Part shown: one piece after another, positions 34,407 through 51,742 of the stretch
Numbering within the stretch: the stretch's first letter is position 1
Layout: each line of letters begins with the position of its first letter
Notes under the pieces: generated by a model
What the model was told of the DNA's origin: nothing
What the model saw: the letters and a program-made list of their open reading frames with translations, nothing else
Database searches by the model: none
NCBI RefSeq assembly: GCF_009914755.1
Contig: NC_060925.1
DNA: 64,000 nt
Source: the human T2T-CHM13v2.0 reference genome, Homo sapiens
Reading direction: 5' to 3' (one strand)
Position numbers and translations under genes: made by a program

Positions 34407-35209
34407 CCTGGGAGCCACTCTTACCCTAAATCAGTCACTTAACCCAAATTCAAAAGAATGTTGAGCTAGCCTGTTGGTCCATCCACACCCCCATCCCTGT
34501 TGTAGCACTAAACATTGGCAACATTGGAAATGAGCTCTGTAGAAACAAGCAGTTTTGGAAACTGAGTATCAAGATAGTGGCTCACTGCCTAGATAAGAGT
34601 TTGTAAAATTCCCGAGAAGTACTGAATAAAATTCCTAGCTCACCAGAAGAGAAAGGCCACAATTCTGAAGTAAGGGGGATGGCATCCCCTCTGGCTTCCC
34701 AGGGGTCACAGCCAAGGCTAGCTGATTTGCAGAACATTTTGCATACAACAGAAATGAGCATCCCTCCTCTCTCTCACTCACCAGCTTTTTACCTTTGGTT
34801 TATGTTCAAATCAATCTCGTTTTCAAAGTAGTAACAACTACCTTTACACCACTTCTCCCAAAAGTTACCAAACTACTGCCGTATTATTTCTGTTCTAACT
34901 TCTCAAGAAAGTAGTTCACAGTTGATGTCTTCACTTCCTCCCTCTGATTCTCGCCTCTAACCTCTCTGAACTCCTGTTCCCAGCCATCAGTCTCTGCGCT
35001 GGACTGCAATTAATTCACTGAAATGGGTGGTGCCAAAGTCAAAGACTTCATAATTGCCAATCACAGATGATTTTGAGTCCTGAGCTTCCACAATCCTGAG
35101 GGATGCTTGACACTACCCTCCAGCTGTAGTCCTTCTGTGGTTCTAGTCCTACTTCTCCATTTCTCCTGCATTTTCTTTAGATGCTAGTATTCCTAATTTT
35201 CTCTCTTTC

Positions 35210-36220
<1,011 letters not shown>

Positions 36221-36377
36221 AATCCCAAATTTAAATGGTTGCAATGAATTGATAGTGTTTTGTAAATGTACAAGATCTTCTTTTATAGTCAGAATATTGT
36301 ATCATTCTTATATCTGCTTTAACTTCTGTTTTCATTCACTTACTCCACAGAATTCTGGTGGGGGAGGAGGTTGGGGG

Positions 36378-37800
<1,423 letters not shown>

Positions 37801-37826
37801 CCAATTATAAATGAAATTTGTTTTTA

Positions 37827-38219
<393 letters not shown>

Positions 38220-38649
38220 TTAAAATAGAAAAAAAAAATTGTGACCATAATCCTCTAGGTAGACAAAGAAAAATTCCTCTGGATTAAGTAGTAGTAAATT
38301 CCAGTTATTCATAGTACACAATTAATCAAAACATCATAAGTATATTATAAACTTTGACAATCATTCAATATAAAGTTTTATTGGAAATACATTCTTTAAT
38401 GAGATTAATGAGATGAACTGGGTTTATTTTCCTATTATTAGTTAATGGGTTTGTGGATGACTTATTATTATAATGAAACCATTGGTATAATTATATCACT
38501 ACTGTTCTTTTTATAGTTACAATAACTGAGAAATTATTTTTAAATAAATAAAAGAATGGAAGTATTTTAGCTACAGCAATGTCACTCAAATCTTTGAAAT
38601 CCTTGAAAGTCATAGCCCCAAATCACGTTGTAATCTATCCTTATGTTCA

Positions 38650-38801
38650 GCCAGGCACAGTGGTGTGCAACTGTAATCCCACACCCTTTGAAGCTGAGGT
38701 GGGAGGACCACTTGAAGTTCCAGGCTGTAGTGTACTATGATCACACCTGTGAACAGCCACTGCACTCCAGCCTGAGCAACATGGTAAGACCCTATCTCTA
38801 A

Positions 38802-38803
<2 letters not shown>
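38650..38803 (+). mobile_element. FAM (fossil Alu monomer, 7SL-derived)
   Basis: Monomer carrying the 7SL/FAM signature tatgatcacacctgtgaacagccactgcactccagcctgagcaacat. Confidence 0.8.

Positions 38804-38804
<1 letters not shown>

Positions 38805-38866
<62 letters not shown>
38805..38866. repeat. Perfect (GT)31 microsatellite
   Basis: Uninterrupted GT run directly after the FAM. Confidence 0.95.
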
Positions 38867-38868
<2 letters not shown>

Positions 38869-39559
38869 AGGTCTCCCTTCAAGTATGTTGAAAGCGAACA
38901 GCCAGACTCATCTGACTTGTAAAAGGAAGTGTCACTCGCCCTGAGTCATTCACATTCTCCTACATGCATTATATTTGGAATTGGACCTAGGTTTGGGTCC
39001 CGGAGGTTTTTTTTACCTTCCCAAACACACCATAGGAAGATGATGGAAGTGCAAGAGGTGTGCATTTTCCCTGTTCTCTAAGGGATCCATTTGAGAAAAG
39101 TGTGTATATATGGACAGTGAATATCTGAAAATTGCTTCCCTCCCTCAGAACCACTGATTCTATTTGCAGCCACGTGACTCTCAAATCTAGCTCATCTCTT
39201 ACTAAGACCCTGACCCTGCAGCCTGAAGCACACTGCTTCATCAGCCCTCAGGCCCCTCAATAGGTCTCACATTGAGCTAATCTTCCCCAAATATATCTCC
39301 CTTACTAGCAGGCACCCTCATGCACTCTGTTCACCACACTGCTGCCAGATCAACATCCTACACAAGCAAATCCTGTTAAGTTGCTCCTCCACTTGAACTC
39401 CTTCACTGGTGCCCAGAATCTACCTTAACCCTTTGCAGGTAAAGCACCTCATCTGAGAAACAGTGAAGTCAGGTCCTCTATGGGGAAATGACACATGCTC
39501 TCAGGCTGACCCTCTGAGACCTGGTTAAGAAGTGCCAGACCTCAAGGAGACAGGACAGG

Positions 39560-39765
39560 TTAGTGGTTAAAAGGATGGACTCTGGAATGGAACTACCTGG
39601 GTTAAAGGCAGTTTACTCACTGATAACTTTGACCCCCTGAGCCCATTTCTTCATCTGCAGAGGATAATACTACTATCTTTCTTAAAGGGTAGGTGTAAAG
39701 ATTAAGTGAGATAATGTATGTAATTTGCTTAGCACAGTGCTTGACACATGCTAGAATAATAAGTT
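39560..39765 (-). mobile_element. MIR
   Basis: tagtggttaa...ggactctgg...tttcttcatctg...aagattaagtgagataatg...cttagcacagtgc. Confidence 0.75.
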
Positions 39766-40089
39766 AGAATAATACGTCAATGAGTCTCAGCTGCCATCAA
39801 CTTCCTCATAATTATCAAGAAATTAACTTCCAAAGTCTTCCATTGAAGGTCCAAGTCCCTTACATGTCAAAGAAGCCCATCTTGCAGCCTCTACTCTACT
39901 CTTCCCCATACCACACCACTTACTATCTTCCCCATCCCTCTCCCAGATCAGGCTTTTGTACCTCTGAGTCTGGGTACCCACCCTTCCCCTCACCTAGAAT
40001 TCTTTCCCTACTCTCTGCCTGGTGAATGCCATCTTCAAGACAGCCTCATTTGTTGCTCCATTTCAAGTCCCCTCTGGGGCTCCCTCCTC

Positions 40090-41305
40090 TTTTTCTAGAA
40101 CTCTCAGTATTGTAGCACCTCAAAGCTCAGTCTGCTGATCCCTTCTCTTCTCTGTCAGTACTCCCTTTATGATCTCTTTGTCTCTGGGCTTTAAATATTT
40201 ATATACTGGTAATTTCTAAAAGCGTATCACCAGACCAGACCCCTTTCTCTCCTCCATTTGATCTCCACTTGGATATCAAGTGGACATCTCACACTCAACA
40301 TGGGCAAAAATGAACCCTTGGTGTTCCCCCCAAATCTGTTTCCTCTGCATATCCTTGCCACCCCAGGTATTGGCAATGCCATCCTTCCAGTTGCTCATGC
40401 CATAAGCCCTGGAATAAATCCTCACGTTCTCTTTTCCACTCACATTCCATATCCAACCCAGGGATAAATCCTGTTGGTTTTACCTTCAACATAGATCCAG
40501 AATCTGCCCACTTCTCACCCTCATACTGTTATGAACCCTGGTCAGACCCATCATCATCTCTTGTCTGGATTACTCAATGGCTCCTAACTGGTCTTTCTGC
40601 TTCAAACCCAGTCTATTCTGAATATAGCAATCAGAGCAATCGTTTTAGATTTTTGTTGTTGCTGTTGTTTTTGAGACAGGGTCTTGCTCTGTTGCCCAGG
40701 CTGGAGTACAGTGGCATGATCATGACTCAGTGCACCCTCAACTTCCCAGGCTCAAGTGATCCTCCCACCTCAGCCTCCTGAGTAGCTGGGACTACAGGTA
40801 CGCAACCAGCATACCCAGCTTTATTTCTTTTTTAGTGGAGATGAGGTCAGGCTATGTTGTCCAGGCTGGTCTCAAACTCCTGGCCTCAAGTGATCCTCCT
40901 GCCTCGGCCTCCCACAGTGCTGGGATTACAGGCATGAGCCATTGCACCTGGCTTAGAGCCATCTTTTTAAACTCTCAGTCACATGTCCTCCTCTGCTCAG
41001 AACTTTGCAATGGCTCCATGTTCCTCTCATAGTTAAAACTCAGAGTCCTTAAAATGATGCTGGCCAGTCTGACTCTCTTACTCCCCGACCTCACTTTCAA
41101 CTACTTTACCCCTCACTCACTCTGTTTCAGCCACACTTACTTCCTTGCTGTTCCTAGATCTTGCCAGAAGGCAATTTCCTGTTTCTCCTTAGTTGTTTCC
41201 TCTGCTTGGAAATCTCTTCTATTGAGATTCCCACATGGCTAACTCACTCAGCAACTTCAAATCTTTGTTCAAATGTCACCTTCTCAATGAAAACTGCCCT
41301 GACCT
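40090..41305 (+). mobile_element. L2a-like 3' region, interrupted by an AluJ (-) at 40649-40953
   Basis: atctccacttggatatc...catctcacactcaacatg...agatccagaatctgcccacttctcacc...caaatgtcaccttctcaatga. Confidence 0.8.
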
Positions 41306-43756
41306 GAGCTAGATCTCAGACACAGGCACCTGACCCCACTCATCTACGTGTTCTCCCAGGAGGCTCGGCCTCTGAACTAGTTCTTCCTGGGCCTCTGAAA
41401 AAACCCTCCTTGCTGAGTGCCTTCTCTGACCCCATATTAGGCCCTGAGAAAAGGAACCATTCTAATGTTGTAGGGCTCAAATCAATTGTTCCAGATCCCA
41501 AGGCTTGTAAACAATTGAGGCTGAAACCATGCCTGCTAGAAGCCTGTGCTGTCCCACTGTGCTGCTTGCTGGAGAGCTTCCATGCCCTTGTCCTGCCCAA
41601 CACAGGCCATTGTTCTACCCGTAGTAACGAGCCCAATTCCATGTCTAATCAGGGAGTAGAATGATGAAAAGCAGTTAGTTTAGAATTTTGGGTTGTTGGG
41701 TTTTGTGGGTTTTCTTTCTTTCTTTTTTTTTAATTATCAAGTCATTATATTATGTCCATCAGTCAAAATTGAAAAAAAACACAAAGGATTTTTAATACAC
41801 TTCATGTTTTCATCTGTGGATGTTAATTACAGAATAGCTGACAGCAGAAGAGTATTTTAGGTTAGAATCTTTCTCTGAGTCTCACTGGGCTCCCGGGTGA
41901 TTATTTGCAGCCCTTCTGTCCCTTCTTCCAGGCCTTCCCTTTATCCCACCCCACCCCATCTCACCTCTGCGCCCTCTTAATTGTTCACGGAGAGAAAGCA
42001 AGAACACCAACCAACTGATGACGTTCTTTCTGTACTTAGTGTTACTTGCCAGTGAGTAGTCATTTTTGTGAGCTGGGAGACATTCTCCACCATGGCTAAT
42101 TACCAGGGAGTTCGAGTCATTCTGCCTGGGTTCAAATACCCCCTCTGCCACTAATGCTGTGGGAATGATTTGGCCTCTTTAAGGTATTGAAAATTAGCGT
42201 TCCTTCTGTATAGGGGGCTGTATAGTGAGCGAATTCAATTAAAGACCAGAGCCAGCCTCTGGCATAGAGGAAGTGAGCACTCAGAGTACAGTAGCTGTTG
42301 CTATTGATATTTCACAGGCTCTGATGCAGAGAAGCTTGTCCCCAGTGCTCCATCCACGAAGGGAGCAAGTTGCTCCCCATTCATGACTCAAAACACCCTG
42401 GAGGAAGATTATGTTTACTGGTTCTATAGTAAACTTCCACCTTGTGAAATGACTTCGGATGTTTGTTAATACTGGTAAGCTTTCCGACTTCCCTGTGAGT
42501 GGAGTGTTGGCATTCTCTTTAGCCCCAAATACTTACTTTAAAGAAAACCACTCTTATGTTACAAAAATACAATAGCAATTCTAAATAGAAGTTATTCCTA
42601 CTTCAATCTTTATCTATAACCCTCATTTCCAGTGAGTTCTATAAACTTTCTTTCTGATTCTAAGGAAACTGTAGCTTCCTGCCACTTCCTCTATTAATAC
42701 AGTTGTAGTAACATCTCCTCACTGTCTATTCAACTACATGATCAAAATAGGAAAACGGACTCCCTAAAAGTTGAACTTAAATTAGACATTAACTCTCAAT
42801 ATCTGGTTCATGATTGTATTTTTTTGTTATTAATTCTTTAAAATTAATTCAAGAATCTTAATTATGCAAAGCTTCAGTATAATAGCAAAGACTATTTTCT
42901 CCTTTTATTAAACATTGCAAGGCAACTGCTTTACCATTTATATTCATTTTCACTTTCTAGGAACACAAATAAATATTTAGAGAATTTCACACACAAAAAA
43001 GTCATCAATCAGAAAGAGGACTTAGCAGACTATTAGAAAAAAAAAAAAGGTTGTTTTAAGTATATGTAAGTTACTATGTATCTATGTACACAGTAACTTT
43101 CTCCTTTCCAGTCTTCCTATTTGTATTCAAATATTCAAATAACATACCAGCTAGCTGCTAATGGTGTGATTTTCTGCAGTACTTTTCCTGGATGCAAAAT
43201 GTTTGACCCTGCAAAGACAAGGTGACTCAGCACATTCAAATTACAGAGCTCAGGTTTAGAGGATACACACATTGCAAGAACTGCTGAGAAGATATTAGGA
43301 GAGAATTTTTGTTAAGGTTTGAAAGGTCAAAGAATTTAAATGTATGCCCCTCTAGCCCTACCCCCACCCTGCCCCAAAAAAGGAAAAGTACGGACTGGAG
43401 AAATGAGAAATAAGATTGTGGTAAAAACAATTCCATCTGATTGCTAAAAAGATTGTTGTACTTAACTATATTAGCATTTAAATGGCCCTGGTAGGACATG
43501 GAGGAAATACCTACACGCTAATGCAAAAAAGGTAGGGAAGCTGTCAGGTTTGCACCTTTTTTGTCTCATTGTTTAAGTGGAGCCAGTTTTTTTCCCAGGC
43601 TGGATAAACAGACTGCAGTGAAGGTGAAACAGACATTGAGAAAGCTAATATTGCTTACAAAAAAGCAAATAAAAATTTTTAATTACAAACACTGTAAAGC
43701 TGAGAAATTGAGAATGTTAATTACTATATGCTTTTCTACTGATGTGTTTGGGAACT

Positions 43757-43915
43757 AGTGATTCCCAAACCTTGCAGACTATCAAAACCACAAGGGGAGG
43801 TTTTCATAAATGTAGATTTACAGTTCCCTTCCTGTCCCCATTCTGATTCAGTGGGTTTGGGGTAGAGCCCAGGAGTCTGTAAAACACTCATCCAAGTGAT
43901 TCCGACACACAGGCT
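43757..43915. mobile_element. MER5-like DNA transposon
   Basis: agtgattcccaaacctt...attctgattcagtgggtttggggtagagcccaggagtctg. Confidence 0.6.
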
Positions 43916-44073
43916 AGGCTGGGATCAGACACAGCTGATGAAATGCAAAGGTGAGGCAAAACAAACCGGGAGTCACATCTCTCCCAGCCCAACTGTAAAA
44001 TGCATAGGTAAAATGTCAAAGAGTACTTTAACATTTAGGAGGATGTCTCTTCATATGTTAAAGCTAACAAATG

Positions 44074-44376
44074 AGGCCAGGCGCAGTGGCTCAAGCCTGT
44101 AATCCCAGCACTTTGGGAGGTCGAGGTGGGTGGATCACTTGAGGTCAGGAGTTCAAGACCAGCCTGAACAACACGGTGAACCCCAGTCTCTACTAAAAAT
44201 ACAAAAATTAGCCGGGCATGATGGCGGGTGCCTGTAATCCCAGCTACTCAAGAAGGCTGAGGAGGGAGAATCGCTTAAACCCGGGAGGCAGAGGCTGTAG
44301 TGAGCCGAGATGGCGCCACTTCACTCCAGCCTGGGTAAAAGAGCAAGACTCCGTATCAAAAAAAAAAAAAAAAAAA
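44074..44376 (+). mobile_element. AluS
   Basis: TSD aaagct(a/g)acaaat. Confidence 0.92.
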
Positions 44377-44854
44377 GCTGACAAATATTAGTCATATTTT
44401 TAATTGTCTTACCTTTTAAAATTCCCAACAATATCCTAACTTTTAAAAGTTATTCTAGAACATGACCTTGCCTTCTAGTTCCTGTTTATAGTGATGAGCT
44501 ACACATATCTTTGTGCCTGAAACAAAGACTTCTTTGCCAGACTCTGTGCCTGCTAATTTCCTTCAATTCATTCACAGAGTCTTCACTGCAACTCCCGTAA
44601 GTAGCTACTATTATCCCCATTTTACAGATGAAGAAGTGTGTCTATGAGAATTGTTCTAGTGATAAACCTGAGACTTAAACAGAGTCCTAATACTCATGCT
44701 GGATTGTCCATTGTTATAAAGAGCTGGGTTTGTTGGTTGGTTATTTGGAGAAATTTACACATGACATTTGGTTATGTTCAAAAGAATCTCAGGCCTGGCA
44801 TAGTCTTCATACATTCAGCAAACAACAGTTAGGTATCGTGTCAGGTGTGGGCAA

Positions 44855-45040
44855 ATACAAGGACCACCCACAGCTCTCTACCCTGGAAGTACCTTCCCCA
44901 CCCCTCTACAGGGTAGCAGACAGACAAAGAGGAATCATCTCCAAGAGATACAAGGGCCACCCACAGCTCTCTACCCTGGAAGTACCTTCCCCACCCCTCT
45001 ACAGGGTAGCAGACAGATAAAGAGGAATCATCTCCAAGAG
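44855..45040. repeat. Tandem duplication, 2 x 93 bp
   Basis: Copies at 44855-44947 and 44948-45040 differ at 2 positions. Confidence 0.95.
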
Positions 45041-45536
45041 TTTCTTCTGGACTTTGCTCTATTAACTGTCCCATTGCCTTCAGGGGCACATGCGTAACTG
45101 TCTGAACTGAAACATTTCCACTGCTGATTCAGAAATGTGTTCACCCTAATTATGGGCACAGAATGCTCTGAGGAACACAGGTGGGAGGGGCTGTCTCGGG
45201 CCCTCTGGATGCCTTCACAGAGAATATGGCTTATGAGCTGAAGGTTGAAGGATGAAAAATATGTCACAAAGCAAAGTGAAAGGGCCCAGGGCAGCATGTG
45301 CTGGGCCTGCCATGTCCAGCAGGGGACCCTGGGGCTGAAGTAAGGCCAGAGGTAGGAGCAACAGGGGGAATGGGGCAGGTGGGGAAGTGGGGGGTAGGCT
45401 GGGAAAAGACCCAGAAGGGGATTTTATGCTATGTGAGGAGTTTAGAATTCAAAAGATGCAAAAGGGAACCAACAATGGGGGGTTTTTTGTGTTTGTTTTT
45501 GTTATTTGGGTTTTGTTTGTTTTTCTGTTTGTTTTT

Positions 45537-45611
45537 GGCTAAAGAAGGAACAAAGATATCTGTAACTGGTTGTGATCAATTAGTTGTAAACACTGTTGCA
45601 CTTGACCAGCC
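45537..45611 (-). pseudogene. Y3 RNA (RNY3) retro-pseudogene with an internal 3' deletion; A-rich tail at about 45483-45536
   Basis: Reverse complement reads ggctggtcaagtgcaacagtgtttacaactaattgatcacaaccagttacagatatctttgttccttctttagcc, matching hY3 (ggctggtccgagtgcagtggtgtttacaactaattgatcacaaccagttacagatttctttgttccttct...tagcc), followed by a degenerate A-rich tail. Confidence 0.92.
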
Positions 45612-46296
45612 CCAGCCGTGGTTTTTATGCAGAGGAGTCATAGGACCAGATTGGTATTTTAGTAATGCTCGTGCCAGGGTAGAGAATGGGTTGCACAGAA
45701 GGCACAGGGCTTGACAGATCAGATCAAAGGCTGTTGCAACAATCCAGGTTGGATCCAGTCCAAACTAATGGTGTGATCCTGCCATTAAAAAAAAGGAACT
45801 CATTGGAGAAGTTTCTGAGGTTCGGGGCATGAGCTTTGGAGTCAGGTGGGCTGAATGCTGGTTCTCAACCTCTTCTTAGCCATGTCTGTAACGTCATCAA
45901 AACCTCACCTTGCTTATTTCATATGAGATGAAATCTGCTGTCTGGGTCATTTTGCAAATGAAATTGGGGTTCATGCTCAACTGCACAAGGTTCTCACTCC
46001 ATCAGTGGTGACAGTGATGATGATGATGATGATAATGACAGACAATACTTTGGTGACTGATTGGCTTTAGGCTGAGGGTAAGTGACAGAAGAGTACAGGA
46101 TACCTCCAAGGTTTCTAATTGGGTGAGTGAAGGCACACATTGTCAACCGGGCTGGGGGCACAGAAAGAGGACCTGGTTTAGAAAAAAAAAAAAAAAAAAG
46201 TAGTGCATTTGGTTTTGAACATGTTGTGCTAAGGATACCTACCAGAATTTGTTTTATGAACAGTTAGTTGGAAATACAGATTGAAAGAGGAGTCAG

Positions 46297-46640
<344 letters not shown>

Positions 46641-47059
46641 TCATGTCTGAAGCTGTGGGAATGAAGTTTCAGGGAACACTAATACATATGGCATATTGAG
46701 AAGAAACCAGAGTAGCAACGATTTTGTTCAAAATGAAAGCTCTGATTCAGGATTTTCAGAAACAGAGAGCCGTTAAACAAATGTACATTGAGAGCAAACT
46801 ACATGCCAGGCACTGTCCTGGAGCTGGAAACTGGAACATACAAGCCAACCCATGGAAAGCTCACATTGTCACAGAGGAGACAACCCTGTAATAAACCTGG
46901 TACCCCAAAAGAGGGAAAACACCATGAGGGAAGTAGGCAGGGTGCAGGCAGAGGGTGGAGATGTTGAATGCCTGGGGGAGGCCCAGGCTAGCTACAGGGG
47001 CCAGGTAAGGCCTCCCTAGGAGAGGACATTTGAGCTGAGACCTGAGACTAGGAGAGCAT

Positions 47060-47295
47060 TAACTGAGGACTTATTAAGTACAAGGCTCTGTTCTAAGCCT
47101 TTTAAGTACATTATCCTATTTAATCCTTACAACAACCCAATGAGGTAGGTGCTGTTATTATCCTCATACTAAAAATAAGGAAACTTAACCACAGAAATGT
47201 TAAGTAACTTCCCCCACACAGCTAGCAAGCTGGCACAGAAGACCCTGACTCAGACAGTCTAGCTTCAGACAGCCCGTGCTCTTCCCCGCTGCACA
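47060..47295 (+). mobile_element. MIR
   Basis: atttaatccttacaacaacccaatgaggtaggtgctgttattatcctcat...aaggaaact...ttaagtaacttccc. Confidence 0.8.
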
Positions 47296-47609
47296 AACTG
47301 CCTCTCACTGTCTGTGATAAATGCTCCTATTAATAGAAAATGAGTTCAAGAAGGAAAATGCGATCAACAGTGATCACAGTGGTTCAGAGCACAAAGGCTT
47401 CATCTAGAAATAATTTTAAGTGCTTGGTCTTTGCTATGTTACTACTTAAAGTGTGGAAGCTTCATAGAGAATTGGTCAGTAGCCCCAGATTCAAGTGTCA
47501 GCTTCGCTATTCTCTAATTTCGTAACCTGCGGACAGACAAGTAATGACCTCTACGAACCTTCATTCTTTTCACCAGTAAGGTAGGTCTAATACACAACTC
47601 CAAACTTAC

Positions 47610-47761
47610 CATGAAGATAAAGAGATTCAATCCACATACATGACAATCTCTAGCAGACAATGTTATCTTCAGGAGATGGCTGATGCTGGGGAAAGTTTCC
47701 CAGTACAGATAGCACACCATGACGTCTTCGTAAAAAGATGAAGCTCAGAGCAGGTGCAGCA
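47610..47761 (-). ncRNA. Candidate non-coding exon (152 nt)
   Basis: Minus strand: cacctaaagtgtcctgttttcag|TGCTGCACC...CTTCATG|GTAAGT; branch-like CTAAA, CAG acceptor and consensus donor in unique sequence. Confidence 0.4.
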
Positions 47762-49099
47762 CTGAAAACAGGACACTTTAGGTGACAGCCTACAGACTGC
47801 TATTCTGAGAAAAGATCTTCAAGGGGTAGAAAAAATCACTTTTAGAACTCCAACTGGTCTTATCAATTTTTAAGGAAAATTAAATTTGTCATATTTGCCA
47901 TTGTGAAAATCAGCTCAAATATACAACAGGAAAGCTTATTTCACTGAAACTCAGTTCATTCCAGACTCAATAAAAAATGACAGGCTTCTTCTGTGTTCTA
48001 CCTTTTCCTCCTCTACTTTCCTCTTTCCAGACAATAAAGTATTGTCCCTTGTGAGGTAGAAACAAAACAGCAACATGAAAACAAATTCTAATAGCTCATG
48101 GGAAGGACAGACATCATGATCCCAAAGTGCTATGTTAAATGCCTTAAGAGGCACCACTACTGTGCAATGGTGGTCCAGAAAGAGCGCGCCCAGCCAGCTG
48201 GATCAGGAATGATTATGAAGAGAGGATTTGATCACGGCTTTACAGGGCTTTAAAGGGCAAACTACGGTTTCCTGCAGTGGCTTTGGTAGAGAGCATCCAC
48301 AAGGCCCTGAGAGGCATGGCTTTGCCTGCCTTTGTCTCCTACAGCATCCACCACTCTCCTAGCCCCAACTGCCAGCCACAAGGGCAGCTCTGCTCCTCTC
48401 AGGATCCTCTGAGGCCACCCCTACATGCAGGGATCTGCACTTGCTCAGGATCAGAAATACTTCTGGTCTGTGAATGAGCTTCACACTGCTGGTCTCAAGG
48501 GGAATATAACCTTCTCTGTAAAGCCTTCGCTGAGCACCTGCCCCTCTAAAGTTCCCACCTGGACATGCCCCACATCCACCCCCGTCACTCCTCCACACAA
48601 ACTCATTAACATTCTATTTTACTTTCTTTATAGTACTTATAAAGTACTATGGAAAATTATCGTGCTCAATTTTTTTACTGGATTATTTTCTGCCCATCCC
48701 CATCCTCTGCTAAAAATTGTTAAGTCCCATAAATGCCTAGATATGGTCTTTCTTTTTCACCCTTATATTCCCAGCACCTGGCAGGAAGTAAAGAGCTCAA
48801 TAAATATTTGTTGAATCAATACAGGAATGCAGAAGAGCATGATCAAGTTGCAGAGGCAGAAAAGTAAAAGCTGAGTTTGAGAAAGTGGTAAGTTGCACGT
48901 TCTGGTCCAGCTGGGCATGGATAGATGAGGTGGGACAGGTTGCTTGCAGAGGACTTGGGGCAGTTTGGACTGAGTAGATAGTGCAGAGCTTCTGAGAGTG
49001 TTTGACCAGGCAAGGCCCTGAGCAGTGCTGTCCTTAGAAAGGATTAGGCCAGCAACTATGAATAGGATGAACTGAAATAAAGCTAGAAAGCCCAGGGAA

Positions 49100-50385
<1,286 letters not shown>

Positions 50386-51406
50386 TACTGGGAATCAGAA
50401 GAGAGATGCTAGTCACAGATGGAAAAACTAACAGGATTTCAGGACTGGGTGGGTTAGTAGAGGGTATAAAGTTTCCAGAAAGAACGAAGAATAAAAATTA
50501 TATTCTTTCTTTTCTTTAACAATGAGAGGCTAGCCACACCATTAAAAGAACTAAAAAACAATGAGCTCCACTTTAGAAAGGTTTGTCTTATTAATGAGAC
50601 AGCCAAATCATGGCCAGCAAAAAGTCAGAATTCAAAAACCCAAGCTGGCACTGACAAGCTATCCTGCAAAAGTAAGGAATAAAATAGGTGCCTCATTCAA
50701 TATCCTCAAAAAAAAAATTTTAAGACTTTTTTAAGGTCCATAGAGAGTTCACTTTGTGTATTTGGCTTGTTTACAACATATATAGAAACCCAACCACAGT
50801 GTCCTATACTCAACAATTGAAAGTGAGGTTACTAAATTTTAATACACATTTCTAGAAAGCCTGGGGGTCTGACTCTGAAAATAAGCCATTCTAGTAAGAC
50901 AACTTGTTAAGAGTTTCCTTTCAGTAAGCAACATCGACTAACAGAGCAAACAATGATCCAAATTTACACTGTTCGAATTAAAATTTCAAGCATTAACCTC
51001 TATTTTGAAATCAATCTGCCTGTCTTTACATAAAGATTATCAACTTCCAATTATCAGAAGAATGCAGCTTATCTTTATTAAAATGTACCCCCCCAATATT
51101 TCATGATATTTACATGTTTGCATAGTACTTTCCTATCCTTTTGTAACATGTTTTGCAACTCCTGAAAAGTCAATAGTCTTAGCTCTTCTCTAAAGGGGGA
51201 AACACAAGAGACTGAGTGACTAGTTCAGGGTGACTCACAGGCAGAGTCAACATTGGAACTCGGAACACTGAGCCTGGCATTCCAAGTTCCCAAAACCTTG
51301 AGGCTCTTGCTAATCCCAGCAGAATTTTCTTCTTTACAGGGCTGTGCTTCTTTGAGGCCTCTGAGACTAGAATGTTAGTGTCCAAAGCTTTCTCTTTCAA
51401 AAGTAG

Positions 51407-51742
<336 letters not shown>

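Noticed and set aside
48160-48195. Possible CTCF site around ccagaaagagcgcgcc
   Set aside because: Several mismatches in the core consensus; not supportable without ChIP data.
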